64,000 nt of DNA from Octopus sinensis (lineage: Eukaryota). Of this stretch, positions 1 to 12,451 are shown piece after piece; the stretch's first letter is position 1; every line of letters begins with the position of its first letter. Under the pieces are notes generated by a model. That model did not search any database. It was not told the DNA's origin and saw only the letters and a list, made by a program, of their open reading frames with translations. The stretch covers positions 83,886,001 to 83,950,000 of the forward strand of contig NC_042997.1 in the NCBI RefSeq assembly GCF_006345805.1, written 5' to 3'. The translations under genes and the position numbers were made by a program.

Positions 1-292
1 CTTCCATGAATAACATGTCAGGGTATATGAAAACATTACCTTACTTGAAAAGAAGATGGGGAGGAAGGCATTCAGTCATAGAAAATCTACCTCAAAGAAT
101 TCTGTCTAACCCACACAAGTATAGAAAAATGAACATTAAAATGATGATGATGATGATAAATCTCATTGGTTTTAATGCTTCTTATTCTTGATGTCATGGT
201 CAGATAGAAGCAAATGTTTTATTTTTGTTTTTTTTAAATGATGTAATAGTTGCTGAATAACCCCCACCTCATCCAGAGGTCATCACTCCTTT

Positions 293-2869
293 GGTAATTT
301 TAGGGTGCTGAATCTGAATCTGACATCAGTTTTCAGACAGCACGTGTAGTTTTTTAGTTATTCTCAGCATCAGATTTTCCAACCAATTGATAATATTGAC
401 AAAGTAGTAGGCTATTTGCTTTTGATTTTCATTCATATACTCATCACGGAAACAAAAATAAGTGCTGATAGAGGGAAGTGTAGGCTACCTGTTAAATTGC
501 CACACAAGATGAGAATTTATTTTACTTTGTTATTACTGTAATTATAGTAAAGTTCTCATCACAGTGGGATACTGATATTAGGGTATAGTAAGCCACCCAG
601 ACTCCCTTTTTTGATAACTGCTAGTGCTGTAAAAACAAAGTACATCAAATAAGAGAGCCAGGTTATATGAAAAGTAGTTTAGTAGTAAGCTTAGTTATTT
701 ATTAAAGTGATCAATGTTTGAAATTTAGAGATGGAAAAAACTGTTTCATGATAACCATAGCTTTAGTGCATTCTATAATAATTTAAATGATTTTTTTGAG
801 AAATATATTTTGATGTTTTACAGTAACATTTATAGTTGATTAATTTTATATTTTAGTTTACTGATAGGCTGATTTAGGTTATTACTGTATGTATTTATAA
901 TGAGCAGAAAAGTTTGTGTTAATCACCTGAACAGCTTTTGTTATGTGTAGAAAATTTATGCCAAAAGATCAGAGAAATAAGCTTACAAAGAAATTTTAAA
1001 ATGCTTACAAGCTTTACTTCGGGTGCAAAGTTGGGGACTAAGATAAAGTGTTGGTACCACATGTTTATTGCAAAATCTGCTACACAGCCACTAACCCAAT
1101 GGCTGAATGGTAAATAGTAAAGTATGCCATTTGCGGTACCAATGATATGGCGCAAACCAGCAAACCACTATACCGATTGTTATTTCTGCTTAACTAACAT
1201 TACACGTTTCTCTAAGAAAAACAAATCCAAGATTGTTTATCCAGATTGCCCTTCACCTTTAAAACCAGTTGCTCATACTGCTGAAAATATTCCAATTCCA
1301 GAACCTCCTTCATCTTTTGACAAAGATAGTTTAAGTGAAGAAAGTACTGCATCTACTTCAATTGAAGGCATGCCGAGTGTTACAGCAGATCACTGTGATG
1401 AACCAGGATTTTCAAAAAAGTTCCTTATTTATTAAATCAACTTGAGTTAAATGATTTAGTTAGACTTGAGTTTAACAAATGAAAAGTCAGAACTAATAGG
1501 CTCCAGGTTGAAACAATAGAATCTTTTACACGATAGTGTAAAATGCTCGTATTTTCAAAAACGGCGTACAGAGTTGCGCGATTTTTTTATGGAGAAAGAC
1601 GGTATTTGCTTTTGATGTGATGTTGAAGGACTCCGACGAGATGGGGTATGGCCATGATCCTGAAGAATGGAGACTCTTCATAGATTCCAGCAAAGCAAGC
1701 CTAAAAGCAGTTTTGCTGCATAATGACAATCAAAAACCCTCAATACCACTAGCACATGCTGTAGGATTAAAGGAAACTTATGAATCAATGGATAAAATTT
1801 TACTCTTGATTAAATATTCTGAGTACAAGTGGAATATATGGGGGACTTGAAAGTTATTGGTTTATTTCTTGGGTTGCAAATGGGATATACAAAGCACCAG
1901 TGCTTTTTGTGCTTTTGGAACAGCAGAGATGACAAACATCTCTATGATCAAAAAGAGTGGCTAAAGATAAGTGATTTCATTCCAGAGAGATACAACGTTA
2001 AATATATCCATTTAGTTGACCTTCAGAAAATTTACCTTCCTCCCTTACACATTAAATTTGGCTTGTTTAAGAATTTTGTTAAGGCCATGAATGAAGATGT
2101 TGAAGGATTTAAATATCTCAGTGAGAATTTTGTTTCTGGCAAGAATGAAGCTGGTGTTTGTAATGGACCAGAAATTTGTATACTAATTTGTATTGAGCTT
2201 TTTCAAGAAAAACTAAGACCAACAGAGAAAATTGCTTGGGAGAAGTTTGTATCTCTTGCAAAAAATTCTTTTGGAAATGAAGTATCATCTAACTACATTG
2301 CAATTGTGAATGATTTTTTGAAAGCTTATAAGCAACTTGGGACGAGAATGTCTCTAAAAATTCATTTTCTATACTCTCATCTTGACTTTTTTTCCACCCA
2401 ATATGGGTGGTGTAAGCGATGAGCATGGTAAACGATTTCATCAAGAAAGCAAAGAGGTAGAAAGCCACTAGAGTGGTAGACTTACACCAAACATGCTGAC
2501 GGACTACTCTTGGTTTTTAAAACAAGGACATGCAACAAAGTGTAAAAGGTTCCAAAGCTACTTTTGAAAAACATAAAATTAATAATATTCACTTAACACT
2601 TTTGTTTTGTGTTTTATTGGTTTTAGAGCTACTTTTTCACCTAGTTGCTATTGTTCTTATACCAGATAAAGGGAATTTATGCTTAATATAACATTCATTT
2701 TATTTGTCATGAATTTTGACATTATTGTAATTTTGATAGCAGTATAATAATAATAGTGCAAAAACGTGATGTGCTAGAGCAAAAATGATTGCAGATTCAG
2801 AATCAGTGCTCACAAATCACCTATGAGCACCATTTCATCTAATAGTTGCAAACATTTTGTTGCTTACTG
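293..2869 (+). mobile_element. Chapaev3-like (CMC superfamily) DNA transposon, near full length, inactive
   Basis: Imperfect ~63-bp inverted repeats at 293-355 (ggtaattttagggtgctgaatctgaatctg...) and 2759-2821 (...cagattcagaatcagtgctcacaaatcacc). The right end reads ...ttgttgcttactg followed by TTA, compatible with a TWA target. The repeats enclose a broken transposase. The outermost left terminus is not recognisable. Confidence 0.8.
900..2530 (+). pseudogene. Chapaev3-type transposase pseudogene (frameshifts and stops)
   Basis: Collinear fragments: MSRKVCVNHLNSFCYV* (N-terminal Cys cluster), MPFAVPMIWRKPANHYTDCYFC, WRLFIDSSKASLKAVLLHN, GDLKVIGLFLGLQMGYTKHQCFLCFW, LPPLHIKFGLFKNFVKAM, MSLKIHFLYSHLDFF, then VSDEHGKRFHQ and MLTDYSW in a shifted frame. 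These are motifs I recognise from Chapaev3 transposases. Confidence 0.85.
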
Positions 2870-2965
2870 TTATACATTGCAACATATGTTTCTACATCCC
2901 ATGCCATCATTAGGCTACAATTTTTCATATTCATATAATATTATTTCAGATTACTCTCAATAATT

Positions 2966-3820
2966 AGGTACTATGCAGTGGAACTGAAGCCAGAACCATG
3001 TGGTTGGGAAGCAAACTTCTTACCACAAGCTTCTCCTTTTTTCTATGCTTGCATGAGTCAGGTAGAATTATTTTAGGCAGATTTTCTGCTGCTAGATGCT
3101 CTTCCTGTGACCAACACTCACCAGCTTTCAAGGAAGGTAACATTTCTATGTAAACAGACATGTTTTTCATGGAAGACTGCAAACAAACAACATCACTTGT
3201 ATGACAGTGGTGCACATTTACAACCATCAAATGATGTCATCACAAGGGTACATACACACACATATGCACGCATGTGCACACATGCACGCACACACACACA
3301 AACACACATACACACATGATGGGCTTCTTCCAGTTTTTGCCTATGAAATCCACTTACAAGGCTTTTGTTGGCCAGCCTGAGGTTATAGTAAAAGACACTT
3401 GCCCAAGATGCCACACTATAGGAGTGAACCAAAGATCACATAGTTAAGAAGCAAGCACCTTAACCATACACCCAGTTATGTAAGATGAAAAGGAGTTCAA
3501 GTTTTGATTTTTTCATCTTTGTTTAAAGATATAATAAAGCCTTGTGAGTGGATTTGGTAGACAGAAACTGAAAGAAGCCCATTGTGTGTATGTATGTGTG
3601 TGTGTGTGTGTGTTTGTGTCTGTATTTGTCCCCACCACCACCACCACCACTGCTTTACAACTGGTGTTGGTGTGTTTACATCCCTGTAACTGAGTGGTTT
3701 TGGCAAAATAAACTGATAGAATAAGTACCTAGTTTGAAAAAATAAGTACATTCAAGTAAAACTCTTCAAGGCAGTGCCTGGCCACAGTCTAATGGTTGGA
3801 ACAAGTAAAAGGCAAAAGAT
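2966..3820. mobile_element. Cluster of family-A SINE fragments (minus 2966-3030 and 3318-3475; plus 3537-3815)
   Basis: Diagnostic blocks gccttgtgagtggatttggtagac.gaaactgaaagaagcc, aagacacttgcccaag and gaataagtac, shared with the fuller copies at 15141, 36593 and 56398. Confidence 0.8.
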
Positions 3821-4619
3821 ATATGCAGGACCACATTATCTTGGATGTACATCTGTCATTTTTTTAAAGTGATAGGGTATCATTTTGAGGGAGAGATAAG
3901 GTTGCTACTTCTTGCAGGTCGAGCAACCACATACAGGTTCTCCAGAGACAGAGAAATAGAGCATGGATGGAGTGATTGATGGCTAGAGAGACACAAGAGG
4001 CACACAAAAGAAAAAAGAAAACCCAAAAAAGACAAATCTATAGATAGATATTATAAACTACTGTAAAAGTATGATACTGAATAAGTATAGAATCTACCCA
4101 TCAGACCTATCCAAGCTTCCATATGAATAAATTCTTTTAGGGAAAATGTTTAAAAACAAAACTAAAACACACACACACGCATGCAGAAAATAAAAAGAAA
4201 ATATCCAAATTTGAATATTTTCAGAATACATCATGGATTGATTCGTGGACTCATCTATCCAACCATCCAATGTATATCCAAGAATATAAATATAAATGGG
4301 CAATAAAAAAGAAGACATTAGGGATGGAAGCAATATCGTAGGCCTGCATTCGTAATATAGAGAGACAGGCTTAGTGCTGGTATGTAATATTAAGTCACAC
4401 ACGCACAGAGGCAAGCAGGCACACACATGTACACATGCAGCATGCACACATTCACGCACATGTAGTTATGCATTGATAAACAAAACAATTCAGCATTTAG
4501 AGGATACAAGAAGCAAATTATATATGTTAATAACTTTCTACCCAATGGCCTGCCTTGGCAATATAATATGACATAATATAACTTACATATACACACACAC
4601 ACAACCATACATACATAAA

Positions 4620-4637
4620 TATATGTGTGTGTGTGTA

Positions 4638-4673
<36 letters not shown>

Positions 4674-4852
4674 CATACACTGTTGTGTATCTGTGTGTGT
4701 ATATATATATATATATTTATATACACACACAGTATAAACATATATATATATGTATATATATATATATAATATATATATATAATATATATATATATATATG
4801 TATATTATATATATATGTATATACACATATATATACATATATATATATATAC

Positions 4853-4888
<36 letters not shown>

Positions 4889-4977
4889 GTATTTATATAT
4901 ATATATATATATATATGTATATACACATATATATACATATATATATATATATAATATATATATATATATACATATAT

Positions 4978-5011
<34 letters not shown>

Positions 5012-5019
5012 GTATGTAT

Positions 5020-5057
<38 letters not shown>

Positions 5058-5087
5058 ATATATATATGTATGTATTTATATATATAT

Positions 5088-5119
<32 letters not shown>

Positions 5120-5120
5120 A
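4620..5120. repeat. Long interrupted (TA)n microsatellite
   Basis: About 500 bp of TA with occasional C/G interruptions. Confidence 0.97.
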
Positions 5121-6035
5121 TACATTTATAAACACGTTCATATAAAATATGCATATATATTCTCCCCTTTCTCTCATTCTTATCCAGACACGTACAGGCA
5201 TAAACACATATGCATAAATATGTGCATGCACATAATTTATACATGCATATATGTGTGTATATATCACTCTATGTGTGTGCACACAAAGCCATAAAAACAT
5301 ATATATGAATAAGGCAGGGCACAAATTCATACCCTATGTGTATGGATGTATAACTTAAAATAACTGTACACATATTCATTATATACACACATACTCAATT
5401 TTAACACCTCTACTAGAAATACGTGCATGTATTTTTCATGCATTTATAGGTGCATAGGTATTATACACAATATTTCATATAAATTATACATTATATCTGG
5501 AGTATCCAGCTTACAAAGATACACACAAACATATGTAGAGATGTACCCATACATATATGCATAAACATATGCATATGTGTGTACAAGTACATATATATGT
5601 ATTTACAACAAACATTCCATAAACTAGAAACATTTAAATAAGTATTACCCTAGCCAGAATTAGAATCCCTATGAAGGACAATCATGCAAGATGAATGTGT
5701 AGTATAATAAAAATAACACCACTACCACAAACCAGGAAACCAAAACTCCCTTAACAAGTTCAACCCTACAAAAATGAAGCCCAAGAGTACAAGATATAAA
5801 AGATTCAGAGACAACATGCATGTCAAACATACATTTCCATCATCAGCAGCCTAACAGATATCATTATGGTTTTCATATACATACACATGGTTATATATAT
5901 GTAGCTTAGTTTAAAGGTAAATCTTGGGGATGCTCTGGGATGCATGGCTAGTGGGGTTTCAAGTCTTACAACATCACACTCTCCTCACCCAGTTGATCCA
6001 GCAAGGGTCATACATGATTACACACACACACACAC

Positions 6036-6078
<43 letters not shown>

Positions 6079-6081
6079 TTA

Positions 6082-6586
6082 AAATTAAGGATAAAATCTT
6101 TATAAGAAATTATCAGTAGTTAGCATGAAAAACTTCGTAAGAGAAAAAATCTGTAAATTTTTCCACTTTGAAAATATTTATTTATATTATATAGAGGGTA
6201 CTATTATTCATAGGTACCGCATGCTAGGAGGGACTCCTGAATTCTTGTTCCGAATAGGTAAATTGTTACCGAAATGCATTGTGAATAAGCCCGCCATTTT
6301 CATAGATATGTAAAGATAAACATTCGTACATGCTACGACGAATTCTACGGTTGGCAGTCGGGTATGCTATATTGTGTTTTTTCCTTACATGTCTTGAGTT
6401 TGTTGCACTGAAGAGCATAGAATGCATATTCTGCATTGATTACAAAATCACAGGTGATATGTAACTAAATTCTGTTTTTAAGTGACCTGCTTTGAAGTTT
6501 TGCATTCGATACAATTTGTTTATTTTAGTAGTTTTGACTGCAAGAGTCCCTCCTAGCATGCGGTACCTATGAATAATAGTACCCTC

Positions 6587-6597
<11 letters not shown>
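6082..6597. mobile_element. (TA)n-embedded cassette with a perfect 54-bp inverted repeat (6183-6236 / 6544-6597)
   Basis: tatattatatagagggtactattattcataggtaccgcatgctaggagggactc and its exact reverse complement. The flank 6082-6165 resembles the reverse complement of ~50500-50596. Confidence 0.7.
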
Positions 6598-6628
<31 letters not shown>

Positions 6629-8009
6629 AATGTAGGATAACATTTTTTCGAAAAAAAATTTTATCAATGGCCAGCATATTAAAAAATACCTTTAAAGGTT
6701 AAATTATAAACAACTTATAAATAAGGGCAAACGAAAAAGTTTCTAATGCCAAATATGCCGAAAATTGGACATATTGTCCATTTACCATATAATTTTTTTC
6801 CCAGTACGCACGCTACTCGAAAAAAGGCCGACAGAAATTTCTAAAAAATTCCATTATTACCATATCGGAAGGATTTCAGGGGTAGTTCAAAAAGAACCCT
6901 CCCTTTGTCAGTGATACATGTGGCAAAGAAGTAAACATGCATACACACATATACAATTGTGTGTGTGCATGTGTGTGAGGGTATGCTACTAAGACTCACT
7001 CAAACTAAATAGAGTACAACTTAAATCATCATTATGGAAGTATGACTCAAATAATTAAAAGCAATTATAAATAATTCAGGGCTTTGTGTAAGTCTCAAAT
7101 GAAGAAATAAATGGAAAGGATGTCTGATATATCATATCAACAAAACAAATAGGCCTAGTTCTACCTTTAGTTTTATCTTTGCTAAGTAGTTCTCTTGTAA
7201 ACATAAGTACTTCTCTCTAGTACATTCATTTTATGTGGTAGGTCAAAAATACAAAATTTCTTGCAGCCATTGAACACAGATCAGTCAGGAAGAGAGAGAG
7301 AGAGAGATAGAGAGTGTCTGAAGGTGAGATAGAGAGACAGAGAAACCTTTCAATTCAAGTAGTTTTGTATCAATCTCTAAATATTATCAAATGAGAGTTT
7401 CTCTCTTTGAGTATTCATGTTGGTTTTATATACATTAGAACAAATTTATTCTTTTGCTATAACAACCATTTTCCTATAGCTGGTTTCCAATGATGTTTTA
7501 TAAGAGTGTTTGTCTCGGTTTGTTGTTGTTTCATTAGTTAGTTCATAGATTTTTCAATTATTTCAATTGGTTGACTTCACTACCGACAAATTAAAATTTT
7601 CTCACAGGTAAAAGACATCAAATAAAAGATGCAGCTCTCTTCCTCAAAGAGAGCATCAAGAACATCTTCTGTGGCTTCAGAAATAAGATAATAATTTATG
7701 AAATTAACAGAACAGCAGCTTTAACAAAACAATATGTGAATGATGTAATCAAAAGGGAGATACAAGACAAATATTAAACCAATTGAACCAACCAATGAAT
7801 AATCAATAAACAAACATTTAGGGTAAACACTTGTGTACTGAAGGTGATGCTGTGCTCCATCTCAGATGTAGGTGAGAAAACACCTAGACAATGGCACAAG
7901 CCTTGTTCAATCAGATGTTGTGACTGTGGTCCAGATGTTTCTATCATTCTCCATGCTTGTTAGTGTTGAACCATTTGTCCTCTCTCTAAGCACAGATGTA
8001 ATGGCTTAC

Positions 8010-8081
8010 TTTCTTGGCAGCTTCCAGCAAATCTTTGGCAACATCTTTGTCTCCTTTGCAAGCCATTTCAAGACTCTTGAG
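8010..8081 (-). CDS. Candidate 72-bp internal host exon (LKSLEMACKGDKDVAKDLLEAAKK)
   Basis: On the minus strand ...ctacttag|CTCAAG...AAGAAA|gtaagc, giving an AG acceptor, a GTAAG donor and 24 open codons in phase 0, in non-repetitive sequence. No partner exon identified and the gene is not recognised. Confidence 0.3.
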
Positions 8082-8737
8082 CTAAGTAGCATGCAATCAC
8101 ACAATAGATAAGCAAAAACAGAATGGCAAATGAGTCAGCCAATAGGAAATGATATAAAGATAGGCAATTTTAGGAAAATAACTTCAGAATAACAGGATCA
8201 GTAAAAATGATATAAACAACAACCAATGAGAGGCAGAACAATCAAGAAATTGAAAAATGAAGAAACAACAGCCATAAACAATATCTTAATTCAACATTAG
8301 AAAAACAATCAATAAAAATAATAGTCACAGACAAAAGAATTAACCTGCTACAATATATATGAAAAACTAACCCAAATATTGAGAGAAATTAGATCTCACT
8401 TGAAAATTGCAGAAGTGTGAAACTCAAGTCCTGATGAAAAAACATTCAATTTATATAAAAAATATATTTGACACAATGTATTCAGTACTCTTTTTAATGA
8501 CAAACTGTAACACTTATAATCATTCTTACATCTGTTTTTCCATGCTTGCATGGGTTTGATGTTTCCTTGCCAAAAGCATCCCTTGACCTGTTGCTTTCCT
8601 ATCATCTCCTTTGTGACGATCAGCTTCATGAGATCAGCTTATATTACTTCTGCCCATTTTTCTTTGGTCTTTCTCTTTTATTGGATCTTTCTACATGAAT
8701 CTCTTGGAATGTCATTATCCACCCCGCCACCGCCGCT

Positions 8738-9135
8738 ATGAAAGTGGTAACAAGAACAGGACAGTGAGAACAGAACAGTAAAAACAAACGGTGAGGGCTG
8801 TTAAGCCAAGATGATAGAAAAATTATTTTGAACGTTTAGGAAGACGTGCTTATGAAGGAGACAGTATAAGCACGTTTAGTCTTTACAAAGGTTGTGGGTA
8901 GAAAAGTAGATTCTCTTTCATCACATGTCAGGGACGAGAGAGCCGAGGAGGAGGAAAGAGAGGGAACGGTGAAGAGGAGAGGAGAAGAATAGGGAAGAGT
9001 GGTAAGAAAACCAGAAAGGATGAAGAACGAGAGAGAGCTAGACAGAGAAGAGATAGTAAAGATAGAAGAGTGTGCATCGTAATTATTAAGATAAAACTTA
9101 CTTGGAAAAGGATGCATGGTGTTCGTTCATATAAT
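8738..9135. mobile_element. Dispersed repeat (family P), related to 39040-39645
   Basis: aaagtggtaacaa.aacaggacagt, agggctgttaagcc and gaaaaattattttgaacg also occur at 39298-39450. The block ataaaacttacttggaa.aggatgc occurs inverted at ~39615-39645. Confidence 0.65.
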
Positions 9136-9155
9136 AATATCAACAATATATAATA

Positions 9156-10022
9156 TTGCCACCATAAATTCTCTGAGAAAAAACATACTACATCTAGGCT
9201 AGTAGAAGAAAGAAAATGAATTACATGTTTGGTTAACCACGTACATAATCGTGTTTCAGACTTAAAGTAATAAAAAACTTTACGTTTTTGCCTTCATCAG
9301 CGACGGTGTGTGGTGAGGCACAACCCAAGCACTTGTTATGATTATGTATATAATTATAACAAGGGCTCCAGTTAATTATAACAAGCCAAGCCATTGTTAT
9401 AATTATGTATATAATTATAAAATATTTATATAAATTTACCTACAAGATTTTATTTCCATGGTGACCACTTGGTAAAAATCATTTATGATTTTACCCTTTA
9501 TTATTATTATAATTAACATTTGAAAAAATATTTACTCCTTGATCAAAACTGTATTAACTGCAGACTTGATCTTTAACACACTGCACATGGCTACAAGAGA
9601 AGGATATGAATTCTACTTTGCAGCATATATCTGTGGGTCTCAATGGGTATAAGATAAGCAAAGGCGCAGCTCACTTGCATACACGCAGCCACTTGTATTT
9701 ACATGCCTGTGTATACCGTCGCTGATGAAGGCAAAAAGGTAAAGTTTTTATTAGTTTAAGCCTTAAACACGATCATGTATGCGGTTAACCAAACTTTTAA
9801 TTCATTTTCTTTCTTCTACTAGCCTATATGTAGTGTGTTTTTTCTCGGAGAATTTATGGTGGCAACAGTGTCTTTTGATGTCTATTTTTCAGTGTGTGGT
9901 GAGGTGCAAGCCAAGCCCTTGTTATAATTATGTATATAATTATAAAATATTTATATAAATTTACCTACGAGGTTTTATTTCCATGGTGACCACTTGGTAA
10001 AAAGCATTTATGATTTTACCCT

Positions 10023-10035
<13 letters not shown>
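9156..10035. mobile_element. A-B-spacer-A'(inverted)-B' cassette, Penelope pseudo-LTR-like arrangement
   Basis: 9156-9307 is repeated inverted at 9715-9865, and ~9306-9510 is repeated directly at ~9892-10035. Block A contains CTGATGA-aggc...gtct-GAAAC. The repeats are seen directly; the Penelope label is inference. Confidence 0.55.
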
Positions 10036-10092
<57 letters not shown>

Positions 10093-10281
10093 GCTTTGTG
10101 AGTGGATTTGGTAGACAAACTTAAAGTTCAGCAAAAAAGATAGATAGAATAAGTACCAGGCTTTACCAAAAGGTATAGGTACTGGAGTTGATTTGCTTGA
10201 CTAAAATTCTTCAGGGTGGCACCCCAGCAGGGCTGCATTCTAATGATTGAAATACATAATGGATGCATGTGTGTATGTGTG

Positions 10282-10314
<33 letters not shown>

Positions 10315-10399
10315 GCACACACACCTATTTACACACTCACACCTATACATACACATACACACACACATGTATATGTACATATATATATGCATATGTGTA

Positions 10400-11576
10400 C
10401 AGAGTGCGACAAAATGATCTGACATATTTGTAGGTTTAATAAAAGCAAAATAGAGTAAAAAATGAAAAATGTGATTTTATTTTCGAAATGTACGTATAAT
10501 GCCATTTTGCTTCATTTGGTTTTAAAAATTAAATCAGTCAAGTGGGTGCTATTATAATCCAAACTCTGTTGAAGGCGTTCATGAAAGTTGTCACTTCATG
10601 TGGAATGGCAGCAATTTCTTGATGAATGTCATATTTCAATTGTTCAATAGATCAAGGGTAATGAGCCTATACGTTTGATTTCAAGTATCTCCACAGAAAA
10701 AAATTGCATGGGCTCAGATAAGGTGTTCGGGTGGGTGAACCTGTGTTATCACACAATGAGATCAAATGACTGGGGAACTGAATTGTGATGTCCTTCTCCC
10801 AATTCCATTTCCCAACTGGCGGAAACGCACGGGCAGGCAGCTGAAGACCTGTGTTTCGACGATTAAGGAGGACCTCTTTGTGCTCATGGGACCACAGGTG
10901 GTCAGCCTGCGCCAATGGAACTGTGACTGGCTCACTATCTCCAGTGAACTGGCACAGGACCGTCGTGCATGGGCTGCCATGGTTCGAGATGCCTCGAGGG
11001 TGGTAGAAGAAGCCAACTCAACCCGCCCAGGGTGAATGTCAGTACAAGTAAGTACTGGGGAACATCTCCCTCAAAATATCCATTGCACTCTGAGAAGTGT
11101 GGGCTGTTGCCCCATCCTGTTGAAACCAAACATTGTTTTCATCATCAAGTTCTTTCAATTTGGGTTTCAGAAAGGTCTTTAGCATCACACAATAAGGATC
11201 AGAGTTCACAGTCACTGCAACATTATCTTCTTCGAAGGAGTACAGACCCCAAATGCTGAATTCCGCTGCTGCAGAATTTTGAGTAGGTATGGGATCATGT
11301 CTACAAAACCTGAGGTGCACATCGAATGCTCTTCATGTTACAGTTATGGATTTGTTTTTCTTGATAAATGCTTCTACAATGAAAGCGTCCAATGCTCACC
11401 TGTCCAATTCATGTTGGCAACTGTAAACAAAATTAAATAAAATCTCACAAATTGCACCAACTGAAACGAAATGGCATCATATATACATTTTGAAAACGAA
11501 AACACATTTTTCCTTCTTTTCTCTATTTCACTTTTATTAAACCGACAAATGTGTCAAATAATTTTTCCGCACCCTG
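10400..11576 (-). mobile_element. Tc1/mariner DD41D (rosa/Visitor-type) element, internally deleted and interrupted
   Basis: TA-flanked imperfect TIRs of ~120 bp (cagagtgcgacaaaatgatctgacat... / ...gtgtcaaataatttttccgcaccctg). Removing the insert restores WFQQDGATAHTSQSAMDILREMFPSHLISLCDNTGSPTRTPYLSPCNFFLWRYLK, with 41 residues between the QQD aspartate and the third catalytic position (now N). Confidence 0.88.
10779..11053 (+). mobile_element. 5'-truncated RTE-clade LINE 3' end with 10-bp TSD
   Basis: actggggaac is duplicated at 10769-10778 and 11054-11063. The C-terminal peptide is ...SELAQDRRAWAAMVRDA..., followed by a short UTR and a caagtaagt tail. Confidence 0.8.
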
Positions 11577-11961
11577 TATTTATATATGTACAGATATACA
11601 AGTATATGTGTGTGTGTATTTAAAACTTTGGTCTGAAGTTTTGCCAGGAATCTATGATTACTGTAAGATTTGCATAATGACTGATAGGGTTCACGTTGAA
11701 GCACAAATAAATGTAAAGGAAAAGTGTAAAACAAACTCCCCAAAGTTTTTGTAAGCCAAATGTCAAAGAGACTTATGCGTGTCAAAATATAGCAGACTAA
11801 AGCAAGTTGATACCATAGAAAATTATAATATAATGATCATGATTAAAATAAAATAAAATATTAAAACAATTTACAATTGCATTTGAAATAGTTTCTCAGC
11901 TGGGAAAAATGTAGAACAGTTAAGAAAAGAAAGCAAGAAAAATTTTAAAAGCTGCTTAGAG

Positions 11962-12067
11962 CAGTGGTTCTCAACCAGGGTCCATATGGCTCTTGGAGGG
12001 GCCACATGAGATTTTGCTGTTAAATGCTATGTGCAATAAATTGGCTATGTTGGAAATTGAAAGAAGC

Positions 12068-12105
<38 letters not shown>

Positions 12106-12358
12106 TTAGAGGTTAAGCAAAGATCTCAGGGATAATAAATATCCAGTATACTACTGGATATATACCTATGTATTTATATCTAAGTGCTTACTATTGCAGG
12201 GCAGTACTGCAATTGAATAATAGGTATGAGTGGAGGTAAAAAGAAATTACCAGGAATTCATAAGGCAAATAAGAAAATGGAGAGGGTAATCAATCAACAA
12301 ACATCAGCCCACATAAGTTCTTTATCTCCTCTAAGCTCTACCTACCTATATATATACA

Positions 12359-12390
<32 letters not shown>

Positions 12391-12409
12391 AATATATATA
12401 CATACATAC

Positions 12410-12451
<42 letters not shown>

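Noticed and set aside
4390-5330. Many overlapping YI/IY/HT-rich ORFs (also at 20240-20921, 47892-48796, 49587-50072, 53066-53521)
   Set aside because: Translations of (TA)n/(CA)n microsatellites that lack stop codons by composition.
7609-7777. Possible plus-strand exon after ttttctcacag
   Set aside because: No recognisable protein, no clear donor, and it is on the opposite strand to the 8010-8081 candidate.
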